64,000 bases of DNA from Podarcis liolepis. Its lineage: Eukaryota. A program made the translations under genes and the position numbers. The stretch's first letter is position 1, and every line of letters starts with the position of its first letter. Below the pieces are notes generated by a model. That model saw only the letters and a program-made list of their open reading frames with translations, made no database searches and was not told the DNA's origin. Shown here in pieces: positions 11,833 to 23,029 of this stretch. The stretch lies in assembly GCA_965112155.1 (NCBI GenBank), contig OZ218102.1, one strand, 5' to 3'.

Positions 11833-12216
11833 CAGTGGTACCTCGCAAGACGAATGCCTCACAAGACAAAAAAACTCGCTAGACGAAAGGTTTTTCCGTT
11901 TTCGATTTGCCTCGCAAGACGAATTTCCCTATGGGCTTGTTTCGCAAGACGAAAACGTCTCGCGACTTTGTTTTCTTTGTCTAAAAAATTTCCCTTCAAT
12001 TTTTGAACTTCTCTTTACAGTATGTGTGACTTTAAAGAGCAGTTAATAAAGTGTTGTTGTACCAAATTTGGCTTTGTTTGGACTTTTTTTGACCATAGGA
12101 ACACATTAATTGATTTTCAATGCATTCCTATGGGATTTCGTGATTCGCAAGACGAAAAATTCGCTAGACGACAAAACTTGCGGAACGAATTAATTTCGTC
12201 TTGCGGGGCACCACTG
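11833..12216. mobile_element. Tc1/mariner-type MITE, family B (gcaagacgaa repeats)
   Basis: TIRs cagtggtacctcgcaagacgaa / ttcgtcttgcggggcaccactg; TA TSD. Confidence 0.88.
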
Positions 12217-12557
12217 TAGTAGCAACATAAAATGTTACATGAGAGTTCTTTCTGCCTTATTTGGAAAACTTGCAATGGCTCACTCACTGTTGACCTTCAA
12301 TCACACACTCTATTTCTTTGGCAGATCTCGTTCTAAAGTGTTCCCTTTACACAACAGATGCAACCCACATCCTAATTGCAAGAGGCTCGTTTATTTTAAT
12401 GGAACCGAATCGCACTCCATGGCAGCTTTTGCTAATGTGATACAAAAAATAAGAATTTTAATTCTCTTGTTTGCTTTGAGGCAAAATGAATAATAAAAAA
12501 CCCATTGTGACCTATCCAAAGATAGATAAAACAAATATGAAACAGGTTCTAACATGC

Positions 12558-13366
12558 TGTGACAGACACCCTCACTGAAGGTGGGTGCTGGGTAATGTGG
12601 CTGATTTTATGGGTGTATTCATAGATTTAAAAAACCCTCCCCTTTCTAACCTCAGAAGAGGTCTATAATTAACTATTTCTGGTAATGTTTTTATTATTAT
12701 TACTAAACAGCAGCAAAGTTTTGTGCTTCTGTGAAGGCTGCCTGATAGCCACTCTCCCCCCCCCCCCATCCAGTGGGTGAAAGTATGAGAAATCACTTCT
12801 GCAACAAAACTGAATTGTTTATTTATTTACACTCTATGAGGGTTTAAAGTGTGATAGCTTCACAAGTGAGGACAAAGCTTCTTTTAAGACACACATTCAT
12901 AACAGAGAATTTCAAAGCAGCACTAGTTTCCAAACCAAGTCTCAGGAAGACTTTTTCCACCTGGAATAGCTATCAGTGTCCTAACTAGCAACACCCACGT
13001 AGCCCCTTCCAAGATTTAGCTTCCTCTCAGGGAATCCAAACTGAGTTGCACTACCTGGCTCGCCCCACTTAGATAGTCCAAGCTCCCAGCTCCCCACAGT
13101 AACATTTAGTCCCTATCTATACCCACTGACAGGTAATCCATGTCTGAGCCCACAGAGATAGTCAGAACCCCCCAATGCCCACACTGATGGAAAATCCCTT
13201 CTATCCTCAATGACAGATAGTCCCTATCTGAACCCTCTCAGTCAGAGACATCATCTGCCCACAGTGACAGAAAGTCCCTCTCTCTCACTCCTGATTGGCT
13301 GGGGGTTTCATCAGCTCTCGATGGTGGCTCCATCACCAGAGGCTGTCCCAGGGCCTCCCCACCACA
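12558..13366 (-). mobile_element. Solo LTR, 809 bp
   Basis: TG..CA termini (tgtgacag..ccaccaca); 5-bp TSD CATGC at 12553-12557 and 13367-13371; minus-strand AATAAA pair at 12818-12827 suggests orientation. Confidence 0.7.
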
Positions 13367-16031
13367 CATGCATTCTTTGAAAACTAGTATGAAACCACAT
13401 GCTTTAAATACATTTTCCTGGATGTGCGGTATACTAATGGTCCCTAATATTACTAGACAAGGAGTTCCAGAGAAAAAGCACGGATTGATTCTTTGCAATG
13501 AAACAATGGACATTATTTGGCACTTATAAAAGTGCCAGTTCCACAGACTTAAATGTTGAGAGGCTAATGTGTTCCTTAAAGTAAACTGGCCCCATTGGGC
13601 TTACACATTGGTAAAGTTATTTATAAGCACTTCAACAATTTAACCTCTTAACTCTCCACGACACCCCCCTTCCCCCCACCCAAAAAACTGAATGACATCA
13701 GAGGGTGCTTATGCTATGTACAAAAGGACTGCAGTTATGACAGTCACAATCAAACATATTTAAGTATCATAAATATTACAGAGAAAAAACAGCACACTGA
13801 AGCATGCATTCTAAGCATGGGGTGTTCCTTCCTTCTGCATAATCTAAAATGAATGTTTAAAAGGACCCTTGAATTCAAGCTCCCATGTACAGCCTTTTAT
13901 TTTACAAGTTGTGTACGAGCAAACCCTAGCCACAGTCACATGGCTAACAGGCTGCAAATGTTACGCAGTTTCCCAAAGTTCAGATCATGCATATGAAATC
14001 TCAGATTCAGACAGGAATATTTTAGAGCATTTATAGTTTTAAATCTCAAAGCACAGCAAGCAGGACTTCAGATTAAGCAGCATTTGGAGTTTTACTTTCA
14101 AAAGGCATTACGTGTAAACCTAAGGTAGATATGTTTGGAACAGTTACAATGCAAAATATACAGGTACTTATCATCTGAGTATACACGTTCAGTTTACAGA
14201 GCTCCTTTACATAGCATTTATCCTTAATCTTTACCGTATTTCTCTTTATTTATTTAGTTTAGCATTGCATTTAAATCCTCCAAGGAACTGAAGGCAGTAT
14301 AATACATAGTTCGCCCCCTTATTCAGATGATCCATTGAGCTTCATGAATGGAGCCATGAACCCAGGTCCTAGTCCAATATGCTGACTCACTCAAAGGGGT
14401 CAGCAAATGTACAGCACACTCTGACACAGCAGCTTGGAAACTATAGGAGCTTCAAGACAGACTGGGCCATTCTCATAGCTTTCCTTAGGAAATTAGGTGG
14501 ATCTAAGGCATTTCCCCCTTCCCTCTTGGAAATAAGCTGGGAGAATCACAACTGGAACTTTGCCCACAAGGCACTCTGAGTCCCAGACCTCATTTGGTGT
14601 AGCTGCTTCTTCAGAAACAGGAATGGGGTTTACATTTGCTTTAGGCACTCATTGTTGTTGAAAGTTCTAGCAAGACTGGGAGACTCTAACCTCAATGAGA
14701 TAGCTACTGCACGCTCAAAACGTTGTACAGAAACACAATAGTCCATGTTCGATTTATTAAATTTTATCCCTGCAACTTGGTAGGTTATGAGTTTGAGGTA
14801 AGGGGTTGTTAACCAGTGGCCCTCCCATCTACAGATACATACTACAACTTCCATCATCCCTGACTTTTATCATTCTGGGTAGGAGCTGATGGGAGCTGGA
14901 GTCCCACAACAATTGGAGGGTCCCTGTTTCCCCATCCCTGCTTTTGATCAACACAACGATCCATTCAAATTCCAGTGGATACACAGCTCCAAAGTTAGAG
15001 TTTAAAAAAACACACAATTGCATCTGTTGTGGGAGTGATAATGGGATCAGGCCACACATGAATTGAGGCTATGACAACCTTCTTTCTTCCTCTGCTGCAG
15101 TCCTGAGGAAAATCAGCTATTTGCTTTGGTGAGGGGCTTCCTTTGGTTGCAAGTCCCCACTTGCATATATTTAGCAATCTCAGTTCTTTGAGTGCTAGTC
15201 CTTATGTAGTACTGTATGTACCCAAAAAAGGCACTGTCCATGCAGAAGAGGGAGCTTTGAGCAGGTTTAGGGGAAGCCCAAGGCTTGCAGAAGTATAGAA
15301 AGAACATCACAGGGAGGACAGAGTATACATACAGAGTATGGCAGTGGAATGCTGACTGGATGTTGCCAAGAGGGAAGGAAAACCAGGGGAGGAGTAGAAA
15401 TGGACTGGATTGTCCTGGAAGAAGACAGGGCTGCAGCTAGCCAGCCATGAGCAGAAGCACTTCTTGCTGCAACTTTTTGTTGCAGGTTCCCCTTGTAGAT
15501 ATTAATAGCAAAATCAGTTCTTTGGGTGCTGGTTCTTATGCAGCCAAAGTGTCATTACCAAGAACAAGAAGGGGATATCAACACATTTAGGAGAAGTACA
15601 AAAAATATTTAGGGAGAAAAACTATGGGGCAAATGTCTTTCCCACCAAAAAAACAAAACGTCCAAAGAAGACTGTAAACGCAGAATACTGTCTGACTGCT
15701 GGTGAGAAAGGAGTGGAACCCTGAAGAGGAGCATTGCCACACTGCAAGATGTCATACATACACATTTATGTACATTTTCTACAATGTAACTCATGCTATA
15801 AGATGCTATTTTTGTAGATGCATCATATGCCTTGTGGGTTTTTTCATGAACATGTTAATGATTTATATGAATGTTTAATGGTGTTTATGTTTTTAAGTAT
15901 AAACCACTTTGAGATCTTGGTAACAAGTGAGTAATAAACCTATTAACAACAACAACAACAACAGCAACAACAACACTGATAATTCTCTATATGGAGACAA
16001 ATCCCTTTAATTTCTGATTTCAGCAGTCTTT

Positions 16032-16376
16032 TAATAATAATAATAATAATAATTTATTATTTGTACCCCGCCCATCTGGCTGGGTTTCCCCAGCCACTCT
16101 GGGCGGCTTCCACAGAAACCAAAAAACATTAAAATATCATACATTAAAAGCTTCCCTAAATAGGGCCACCTTAAGATGTTTTCTGAATGTCAGGTAGTTG
16201 TCCATCACCTTGACATCCGATGGGAGGGCATTCCACAGGGCGGGCGCCACCACCGAAAAGGCCCTCTGCCTGGTTCCCTGTAGCTTCGCTTCTCGCAATG
16301 AGGGAACCGCCAGAAGGCCCTCGGCGCTGGACCTCAGTGTCCGGGCAGAACGATGGGGGTGGAGACGCTCCTTCAG
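16032..16376 (-). mobile_element. L2-type LINE 3' fragment
   Basis: Same 3' end; reverse translation includes RNQAFSVVAP-like and LWNALP-like L2 ORF2 terminal motifs. Confidence 0.8.
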
Positions 16377-17035
16377 AAGAAAAGTTCATTTTCTTCTCTC
16401 ACAGGGAAGAAGTGAGAACTAGTCAGAGAAATCAATGGAGAAAACAAATATTTTACTGTATCTGTGACCAGGCTCCAGCCTGTTCACCCCAAAACAAAAA
16501 GGTACAATCAAAAATAAAAGTTCACATTTATTTTATGTGAAACATTTGATTTTTTGATTTTTTTTTTATTTAGTTGTGGAATATTTAAAAATGTGCCTTT
16601 TCTGCAGGCAAGGCAGTGGAGCACTGGAAGTGACTTGGAAGGACTGGGTTACACTTTGCATGAGCTGTTTTTTGACTGTGAATGAGCCTCAGCCCCACTT
16701 CTTACCAGCAATATTAACAGTAGACTACAGTGCAAAGCAATCTCAAACTAGTGTCTCTGAGAGCAGCTCCACAGCCTTCAATAGGGGCATAATAGAGCAG
16801 ACTACCTTACACAGTTGCACTGTAACCTAGGCTGACTCCCAACTTGTAACAGGTGATATGATGTAACTGGGCAACATGGGAGGGTTGTTGTACACAATTA
16901 ATTCAACTCCTAACAGCAATATAATTTCAGAATTGACAGGGCTGTTGTAAACCATTATCTCTCAGCCACAACCCCTTCCAACACAGGAATGGATGCTTTT
17001 GCATTGGTATTTGCAATGGCAGGGCAATTTTTCAA

Positions 17036-17037
<2 letters not shown>

Positions 17038-17070
<33 letters not shown>
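17038..17070. repeat. (GAT)n microsatellite
   Basis: Read directly. Confidence 0.95.
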
Positions 17071-17797
17071 AAAGAAATGGCTTAAATGCCTCTCTTATTA
17101 TTATTTGTCTGGGGATGGAAACACATTAAAATCTGTTCCATTGATTTCTACGGTTATCTCCCACTTGTACTGGAGGGGTGGGGTCCATATTACAATGAGA
17201 GTCAGAAAATGGGAACCGCCCAAAATCTTGTGGCATATTCAAGATTAACATATTTATTATAGATCATCTGCTGCCTTAGATGGAGCATAAAGTGCCCCTC
17301 TCCAAAGTCAGGGTGCACAGTCAAGTCATTTTGGCAGCTTAGGCAGAAACACCAGCATGGACCTCTTCCCCCCTCCCTGGCAATAAAAAAAACACAGCAA
17401 TCGTTGCTGAGTGTACATGGCTCCCCTAATAGGGCCAGCCTATTAGGCAGAGTGAGGTGTGGGCAGGGAGCAGTAGGATGGTGCTGAAGGGCAGAGCTGT
17501 GCATGCAATCCAGCCCCGTACTACCCTGGCCAACACCCTTTAAGTTAGTCTGCTGTCCCTTCACCAGTGCTGAAGTACGATGCCGCTGCTAGCCTGGTTA
17601 GTTTCTGTGCATGGAATGGAAAGGCTTCCCGAAGTAAGCATTCGGCTGGCCACCGTGAGAATAGGATGCTGGTCTGCGATGGGCCATTGACCTGATCTAA
17701 CAGGTCTCTTCTGACGCTCTTTGCCTAACGGTAGGGCCGGTCCCCATTAAGCCCTTAGGTGCCAGAGGTCCACCAGAACGTCTTCAGGTGCAAGAAC

Positions 17798-18598
17798 CTA
17801 AAAGGGAAGGACCAGGCAGGGTGGGCAAGGAGGGGATTCCCTCTGGTATCTCCTAATCTCTGTGTAACAGAGGATGAGGCAACAGGGCAGGATGCAGCAG
17901 AGGGAAGCCCCCAAGAATAGGACCCACGGGCTCCAGTTCCACAGCAGAGCGCTAATGAACGCTATGGAGAAGAACACCCCGAAGAGGAGGCAGAAGGCGA
18001 CCCACACCCAAGGAATTTTCTCCACGAGCCGCTGGGGGCGCCCGTGGCAAGTGTGGCATCCCGAGCCCGGCTCCGCTTCTCCGTCGGGAACTGCAGAAGG
18101 AAGCGGCTGGGGCGCCGTCCCGTCGCTGCTACTCCTGCCGCCGCCCTGGTCCGGCAGGGGGCGCTGCTGGGCAGGCTGGGGTGCCGCTTGCGAAGGCCGA
18201 ACAGGCTGCAAGGGCTCTGGAGGCAGCGGGCAGCTTGTGGCGGCCAGTGCGCGGTCGACGGGCAGGTTGGACACGCGGCCGTCTGGCAGGGCTGTCCGGT
18301 GCCTGCAGAGCGGGCAAGTGATGGTGGCCGCGCCGGGGTTACTGTGGCGGAGGCCGCGCCTGCAGCGCTCGGCTTGATGTACCTGGCTCAGGCAATCCAG
18401 GCAGAAAGTGTGGAGGCACTCGAGTTGTCGGGGAGGGCGGCACTCCACGTCGAAAGGGCCGTAGCAGATTCGGCATTCCTCCGTCCTGGAAGGGGCGGAC
18501 ACCCCCGCCGGCTCCCCTTGGGAACCTTCCGGCTCCCCATCCGGACCAGCTTTTGCCTTCAAGCTGTTGTCGCCGCAATCGTCTGCGGTGTCGCCCAT
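17798..18598 (-). CDS. Second single-exon RING-HC plus two-TM protein (266 aa), tandem RNF228-like paralogue
   Basis: Intact ORF with strong Kozak context (acgATGg); CRIC..CLHTFCLDC..CPLCR and HRTALPDGRVSNLPV; 23/34 and 18/21 identities to the two RING blocks of the 6969-7913 gene; C-terminal hydrophobic segments; sits in its own CpG island. Confidence 0.85.
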   Translation of the reverse strand: MGDTADDCGDNSLKAKAGPDGEPEGSQGEPAGVSAPSRTEECRICYGPFDVECRPPRQLECLHTFCLDCLSQVHQAERCRRGLRHSNPGAATITCPLCRHRTALPDGRVSNLPVDRALAATSCPLPPEPLQPVRPSQAAPQPAQQRPLPDQGGGRSSSDGTAPQPLPSAVPDGEAEPGSGCHTCHGRPQRLVEKIPWVWVAFCLLFGVFFSIAFISALLWNWSPWVLFLGASLCCILPCCLILCYTEIRRYQRESPPCPPCLVLPF

Positions 18599-18790
18599 CG
18601 TCTCATCCGAGGGGTGGGGCGCCTCTCAGGAAACCTCCTGCCCTGCCCGGCCTTCCTCTCGGCTGGCTCGACTCCACGGGAAAAGGGGGTGGTGGGAAAA
18701 ACCTCAGCTCCGTGGGTGGGAAAGCAAATGCTGGGCGGGGGGATATTGGCGGCTGCGGAGCGCTGAAGCCAAAACAGGTGGTCGTTTCTC
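17960..18790. promoter_or_regulatory. CpG island over the RNF228-like paralogue and its 5' end
   Basis: High CpG density relative to flanks; boundaries approximate. Confidence 0.65.
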
Positions 18791-19308
18791 TCTCCCTCTG
18801 TCAATGCATTTCAGGTTGCGTGGTTCCCCCTCCCCTGTCACTGCTTCCGGGTCTCTTAGATCCTATAGCGGTCCTTTCCAAGTGTAGCCACAGGATGTTC
18901 CCCCTCCCCCTCCATCATGAGCTGGTCGATGATGTCATTCGAGGGGGTTCTGCATGGATTGCGGACATGCCAAGCAGTGATTCCAGCGTCAATTCCCGGA
19001 AACGATCATTCACTATGTAACCCTTCCATCCCCTGCGGATAGAAAGCCTGCATGTGGCAATGATTTTGGTTGTTTTTTTTAAACAAAAAAACAACACACA
19101 CACACACATTTGAATTTCGATAAAGGAGGGCTGGCTCTCCGGACGTTCTATGAAAGCGTGCAATATGTGTTCATCTTCTGGAACCCCTCCTAAAATCTGA
19201 AGGTGGGAAGGAGGCACAGACAATCACCCACATATGACGCTGAGGCCCTCAAGGCAGGACTGGGGAACCTACCGCCCTCCAGGTGTTGTTGGAGTCCAAC
19301 TCACATCA

Positions 19309-19885
19309 TAATAGAATCATAGAATTGGAAGGGACCCTGAGGGTCATCTAGTCCAACCCCCTGCAATGCAAGAATTTCAACTAGCTCATACATGACAGGG
19401 GGACATCCATCCTCGGCCTAAAAACCTCCAAGGATGGAGAGTCCACAACCTCACATGGAAGTCTGTTCCACTGTCAAACAGCTCTTATCATCATAGAGTT
19501 CTTCCTAGTTTTCAGTCAGTATCTTCTTTCTTGTAACTTGAATTCATTGGTTCCGGTCACAACCTCCAGAGCAGGAGAAAACAATATTGCACCATCTATC
19601 ATATGGTAAGCCCTTTAAATAAACAGGGGTACCTTGAGTTACATATGCTTCAGGTTACAGACTCCACTAACCCAGAAATAGTACCTCGGGTTAAGAACTT
19701 TGCTTCAGGATGAGAACAGAAATCGTGCAGCGGTGGGGCGGCAGTGGGAGGCCCCATTAGCTAAAGTGGTACCTCAGGTTAAGAACAGTTTCAGGTTAAG
19801 AACGGACCTCCGGAATGAATTAAGTACTTAACCCGAGGTACCACTGTATGAAGATGGCTACCATATCTCCACTCACTCTCCTCTG
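19309..19885 (-). mobile_element. CR1 3' fragment interrupted by a MITE (19624-19846)
   Basis: atagaatcatagaattggaagggacc tail in reverse; CR1 sequence resumes (tgaagatggctaccatatctcc) after the MITE. Confidence 0.8.
19624..19846. mobile_element. Tc1/mariner-type MITE, family A
   Basis: TIRs cagtggtacctcgggtta/taacccgaggtaccactg (left TIR degenerate); inserted in a CR1. Confidence 0.85.
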
Positions 19886-21285
19886 GCCAGGGAAGACGAG
19901 AGTTGAAGTACACCACCACCACAGGGCCAGAGCTTTCCATCCCTCTGAGAATGCACAGTAGGAAGAGCATTGTGGTTCCTTTTGGCTCCCATCCACATTC
20001 TTTCAATTCTACCTTACTACTCATCTGGTTCAAAGAGCTGCCCCTTTAATATTATTAAAGCAGCCAAACCTTCCATCAAACCCAGTGTACCTGTGCATCC
20101 TCTGCCCCATCTTGTCTGATGAAAGTGGCATTCAGATCCCGAATAGCTAACCTGGTTTGCATCTGCAACACTGGTAGACATCGTAACCACACTATGACAT
20201 CTTGCTTTGTGTCCCTGTTCTTGATTGACCAAGTCTTATGACTTCTTCGCACATTACTCCTGAAAGATACACTTTCTCCTGGTGATGGGGAGAAGGGGAT
20301 TCATATGAGAAATGAAACTTTTTGTGTTGATTTCAGAGAAAAGATGCACAAGCTTAAACATTATTTCAAGAGTTCTGACCAAAATTTGTCAATGAAAGAC
20401 CTCTGTAAACAGGGATTAGGAGCACAGGAAAGTTGCCTTTCCTGGGACAGACCAGTTGGCTATCCCTAGCTAGCAGGAACAGTGATCAGGGATGATGGGA
20501 GTTATAGTCCAACAACATCTGGTGACCCAAGGCTGAAAAAGGCTGGTCTACACTAACTTGAAGAAGCTCCCCTGCGTCCCAAATGAGAGTCTGTCCCTGG
20601 CCCACTTGGAAATCTCCTGCGTTTCAGGTAGGTAGTCCTTACCAGCCCTGCCTCAGGATGTTGGAGATTTGACCTGGGACCTTTTGCATGGAAAGCATGA
20701 GCTCTACCACTGGGCTATAGTCCTTCTTCAAGGTTGGGGCAAATTCTGTGATGAAACCTAAATAAAGGCTAGCATGCTCTGTCCAACAGATTATCACAAA
20801 ATGATTAAGTAAACCAGTTAGAGGTTGTCATGATTATAATAGAAACAAATAGATAAATAGACAGGCAGGCAGACAGACGGACGGATGGATGGATGGCCTG
20901 GATAGTCATTTTAGGATAAAGTAAGTTCAATGGGTAAGTACAAATGCTGTTCCCAACCTATTAGGATTTTGGCTGTGCCGTTTATGGAGAATGTGCCTAT
21001 CATTGATAAACAAATTGACTTCACTTTCTCAAAGATGACAAACAGCTGTTGCTTCTTTGTCCCAGAATCCAAGGGTGTGACCTGATATTTGTAGCACCTG
21101 GGAGGAACTTTTTCAGCCTACGGTCTCCTTCTTGGGCCTAAATCTACAAGCTGATCTCATGGATGCAACACCAGCTTTATACCCGTCTCCCCCTTCTTGT
21201 GTAGCATCTTGCCTAACTACAAGATCTGGAGGACTTGAAAGCTTGTCACATTTTAGGGATATTTGGGACATTCCCAATAAAGATA

Positions 21286-21527
21286 CAGTGGTACCTCGGG
21301 TTACATACGCTTCAGGTTACATACACTTCAGGTTACAGACTCCGCTAACCCAGAAATAGTACCTCAGGTTAAGAACTTTGCTTCAGGATGAGAACAGAAA
21401 TCGTGCTCCAGCAGTGCGGCAGCAGCAGGGGGCCCCATTAGCTAAAGTGGTGCTTCAGGTTAAGAACAGTTTCAGGTTAAGAATGGACCTCCTGAACGAA
21501 TTAAGTACTTAACCCGAGGTACCACTG
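21286..21527. mobile_element. Tc1/mariner-type MITE, family A
   Basis: Perfect TIRs cagtggtacctcgggtta; TA on both sides. Confidence 0.9.
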
Positions 21528-21704
21528 TATTGCCTAGCTGTGTATTTTGGACTTCTTTTCTTAATTCAGCCTAATGCAGCTACTTTTGCTCTCTTTTTCA
21601 TTGGTTGTAGACTTTAATGAGAGAATATTAATGCTGCTTCATGGTTGGTAGGTTTGGAAGATGGAAGGTGCAGAGAAACAGTTTGATGGGAGTTTGAATC
21701 TGAA

Positions 21705-21962
21705 CAGTTGGGTTTTTAGTGGGATGGTGTTCAAAGAGAATTAGACAGATTCATGGAAGACAAGGCCAACTATTGCTACTAGCCACTACCTCCACAGTCA
21801 GACACATTGATACTTCTGAAAACCAGTTCCTGGGAAATGCAGGAGGGGGGAGGGCTCCTGTTTGTGGACTTCCCGCAGGCAACTGGTTGTCCATTGTGAA
21901 TACAGGATGCTGGACTAGATAGGCCACTGGCATGATCCAGCAAACTCCTCTTATGTTCTTAA
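21705..21962 (+). mobile_element. 3' end of a second CR1-type LINE subfamily (cttatgttctta tail)
   Basis: gaattagacagattcatgga..ggatgctggactagat..cttatgttctta; related fragments near 17590-17720 and 61660-61813. Confidence 0.55.
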
Positions 21963-22398
21963 CTGGACTGTAAAAAGCCTGGGAGGCTGCAGGAATCCTA
22001 CTGTTCCCGGAATCTGATGTGGAAACAGTGGACGGTTTTAAACTAAATGGTTATGCCTGTACAATCACTTCTAGCTGTGCAATGTAACTTCTTCACACAC
22101 ACCCTAAATATGCTATTGGGTTTCTCCAACCCTCTGGAGCAGATTCAGGGACACAAAGTGAGAAAGAAAGAAATAAAATCCTGTAATGCTAACTCTGGGC
22201 TTTTCATTGCTTGGGGAAATGAGAAGCGCATTACTACACATAACAGGAATGAACAACACACACTTTCAGTCATTTTATTTTCTTAATACATGGTTTGTTT
22301 GTTTTTAAATGGCTTATTGCATGATCCAGGGAGTATCCTCCTAACTGGATTTAGAATTGCAGGGAAAGAACTGGGATTGCAAAGGAAGAAGGATTGAA

Positions 22399-22771
22399 TG
22401 TGCTACTATTCCCACCTCAACAACCACACCCCAACCGCAGCTGCTGGCAGCAAAGGAGCATCAGGGACTTCTTACTCATGAGTAGGCTGATGACTCTGGG
22501 GCTGAAGATGTATGCTGCATCATTGTTCTCCATCCCGAACCAAAGCTTTTTACACTGGCGCTGGGGTATGGCGGATGGCTCCATCTCCTCCTCTAACAAT
22601 TCCTGGGGTTCTTCATTGGCTATCAACCCAGAAAGCCACTGAAAGGGATGCTCAGCATTGGATTTAGGGGGCCTTCCTTCTCCTCAAGATCTTTGACCCA
22701 CAGGGTGCCTGGTTCATTCTCTGAGACGTCAGTGTCTGGCCCTGGTCAGAGCTAGGCATGGCAGCTTACCA
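22399..22771. mobile_element. Solo LTR, 373 bp
   Basis: TG..CA termini; TSD TTGAA at 22394-22398 and 22772-22776; an uninterrupted copy of the target site lies at 24247-24309. Confidence 0.75.
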
Positions 22772-23029
22772 TTGAATAGGTACGGACAGGAGGCTAAAAT
22801 AAAGCAAATTCACATGCCTAGCTAAGCTGATGCAGCGAGCCCTGCTGTCTCTCTCTGAGGTGCACAGTTCACATAGACAATTCTGGGAAGGGATGTGCCA
22901 TGTGGTTTGCTGGTCCCAGCTGAGCCAGTGGAAGAGTCTTGCCGTCTCACCTCTTCTGCACATAATGCAGGCAGATAGAAATAAATCTTTATCAACCAGA
23001 GAGACCTCTGCTTTAGATTTATTTTGTAG

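Noticed and set aside
17039-17248. Poly-Met ORF, and the poly-Tyr and poly-Ile ORFs at 23975 and 48825
   Set aside because: Translations of trinucleotide microsatellites and LINE tails.
17874-19020. Plus-strand ORFs over the RING paralogue
   Set aside because: Same GC-rich antisense artefact.
22417-22626. Third RING-gene remnant (Cys-rich 69-aa ORF)
   Set aside because: No RING spacing; it lies entirely inside the 22399-22771 solo LTR.
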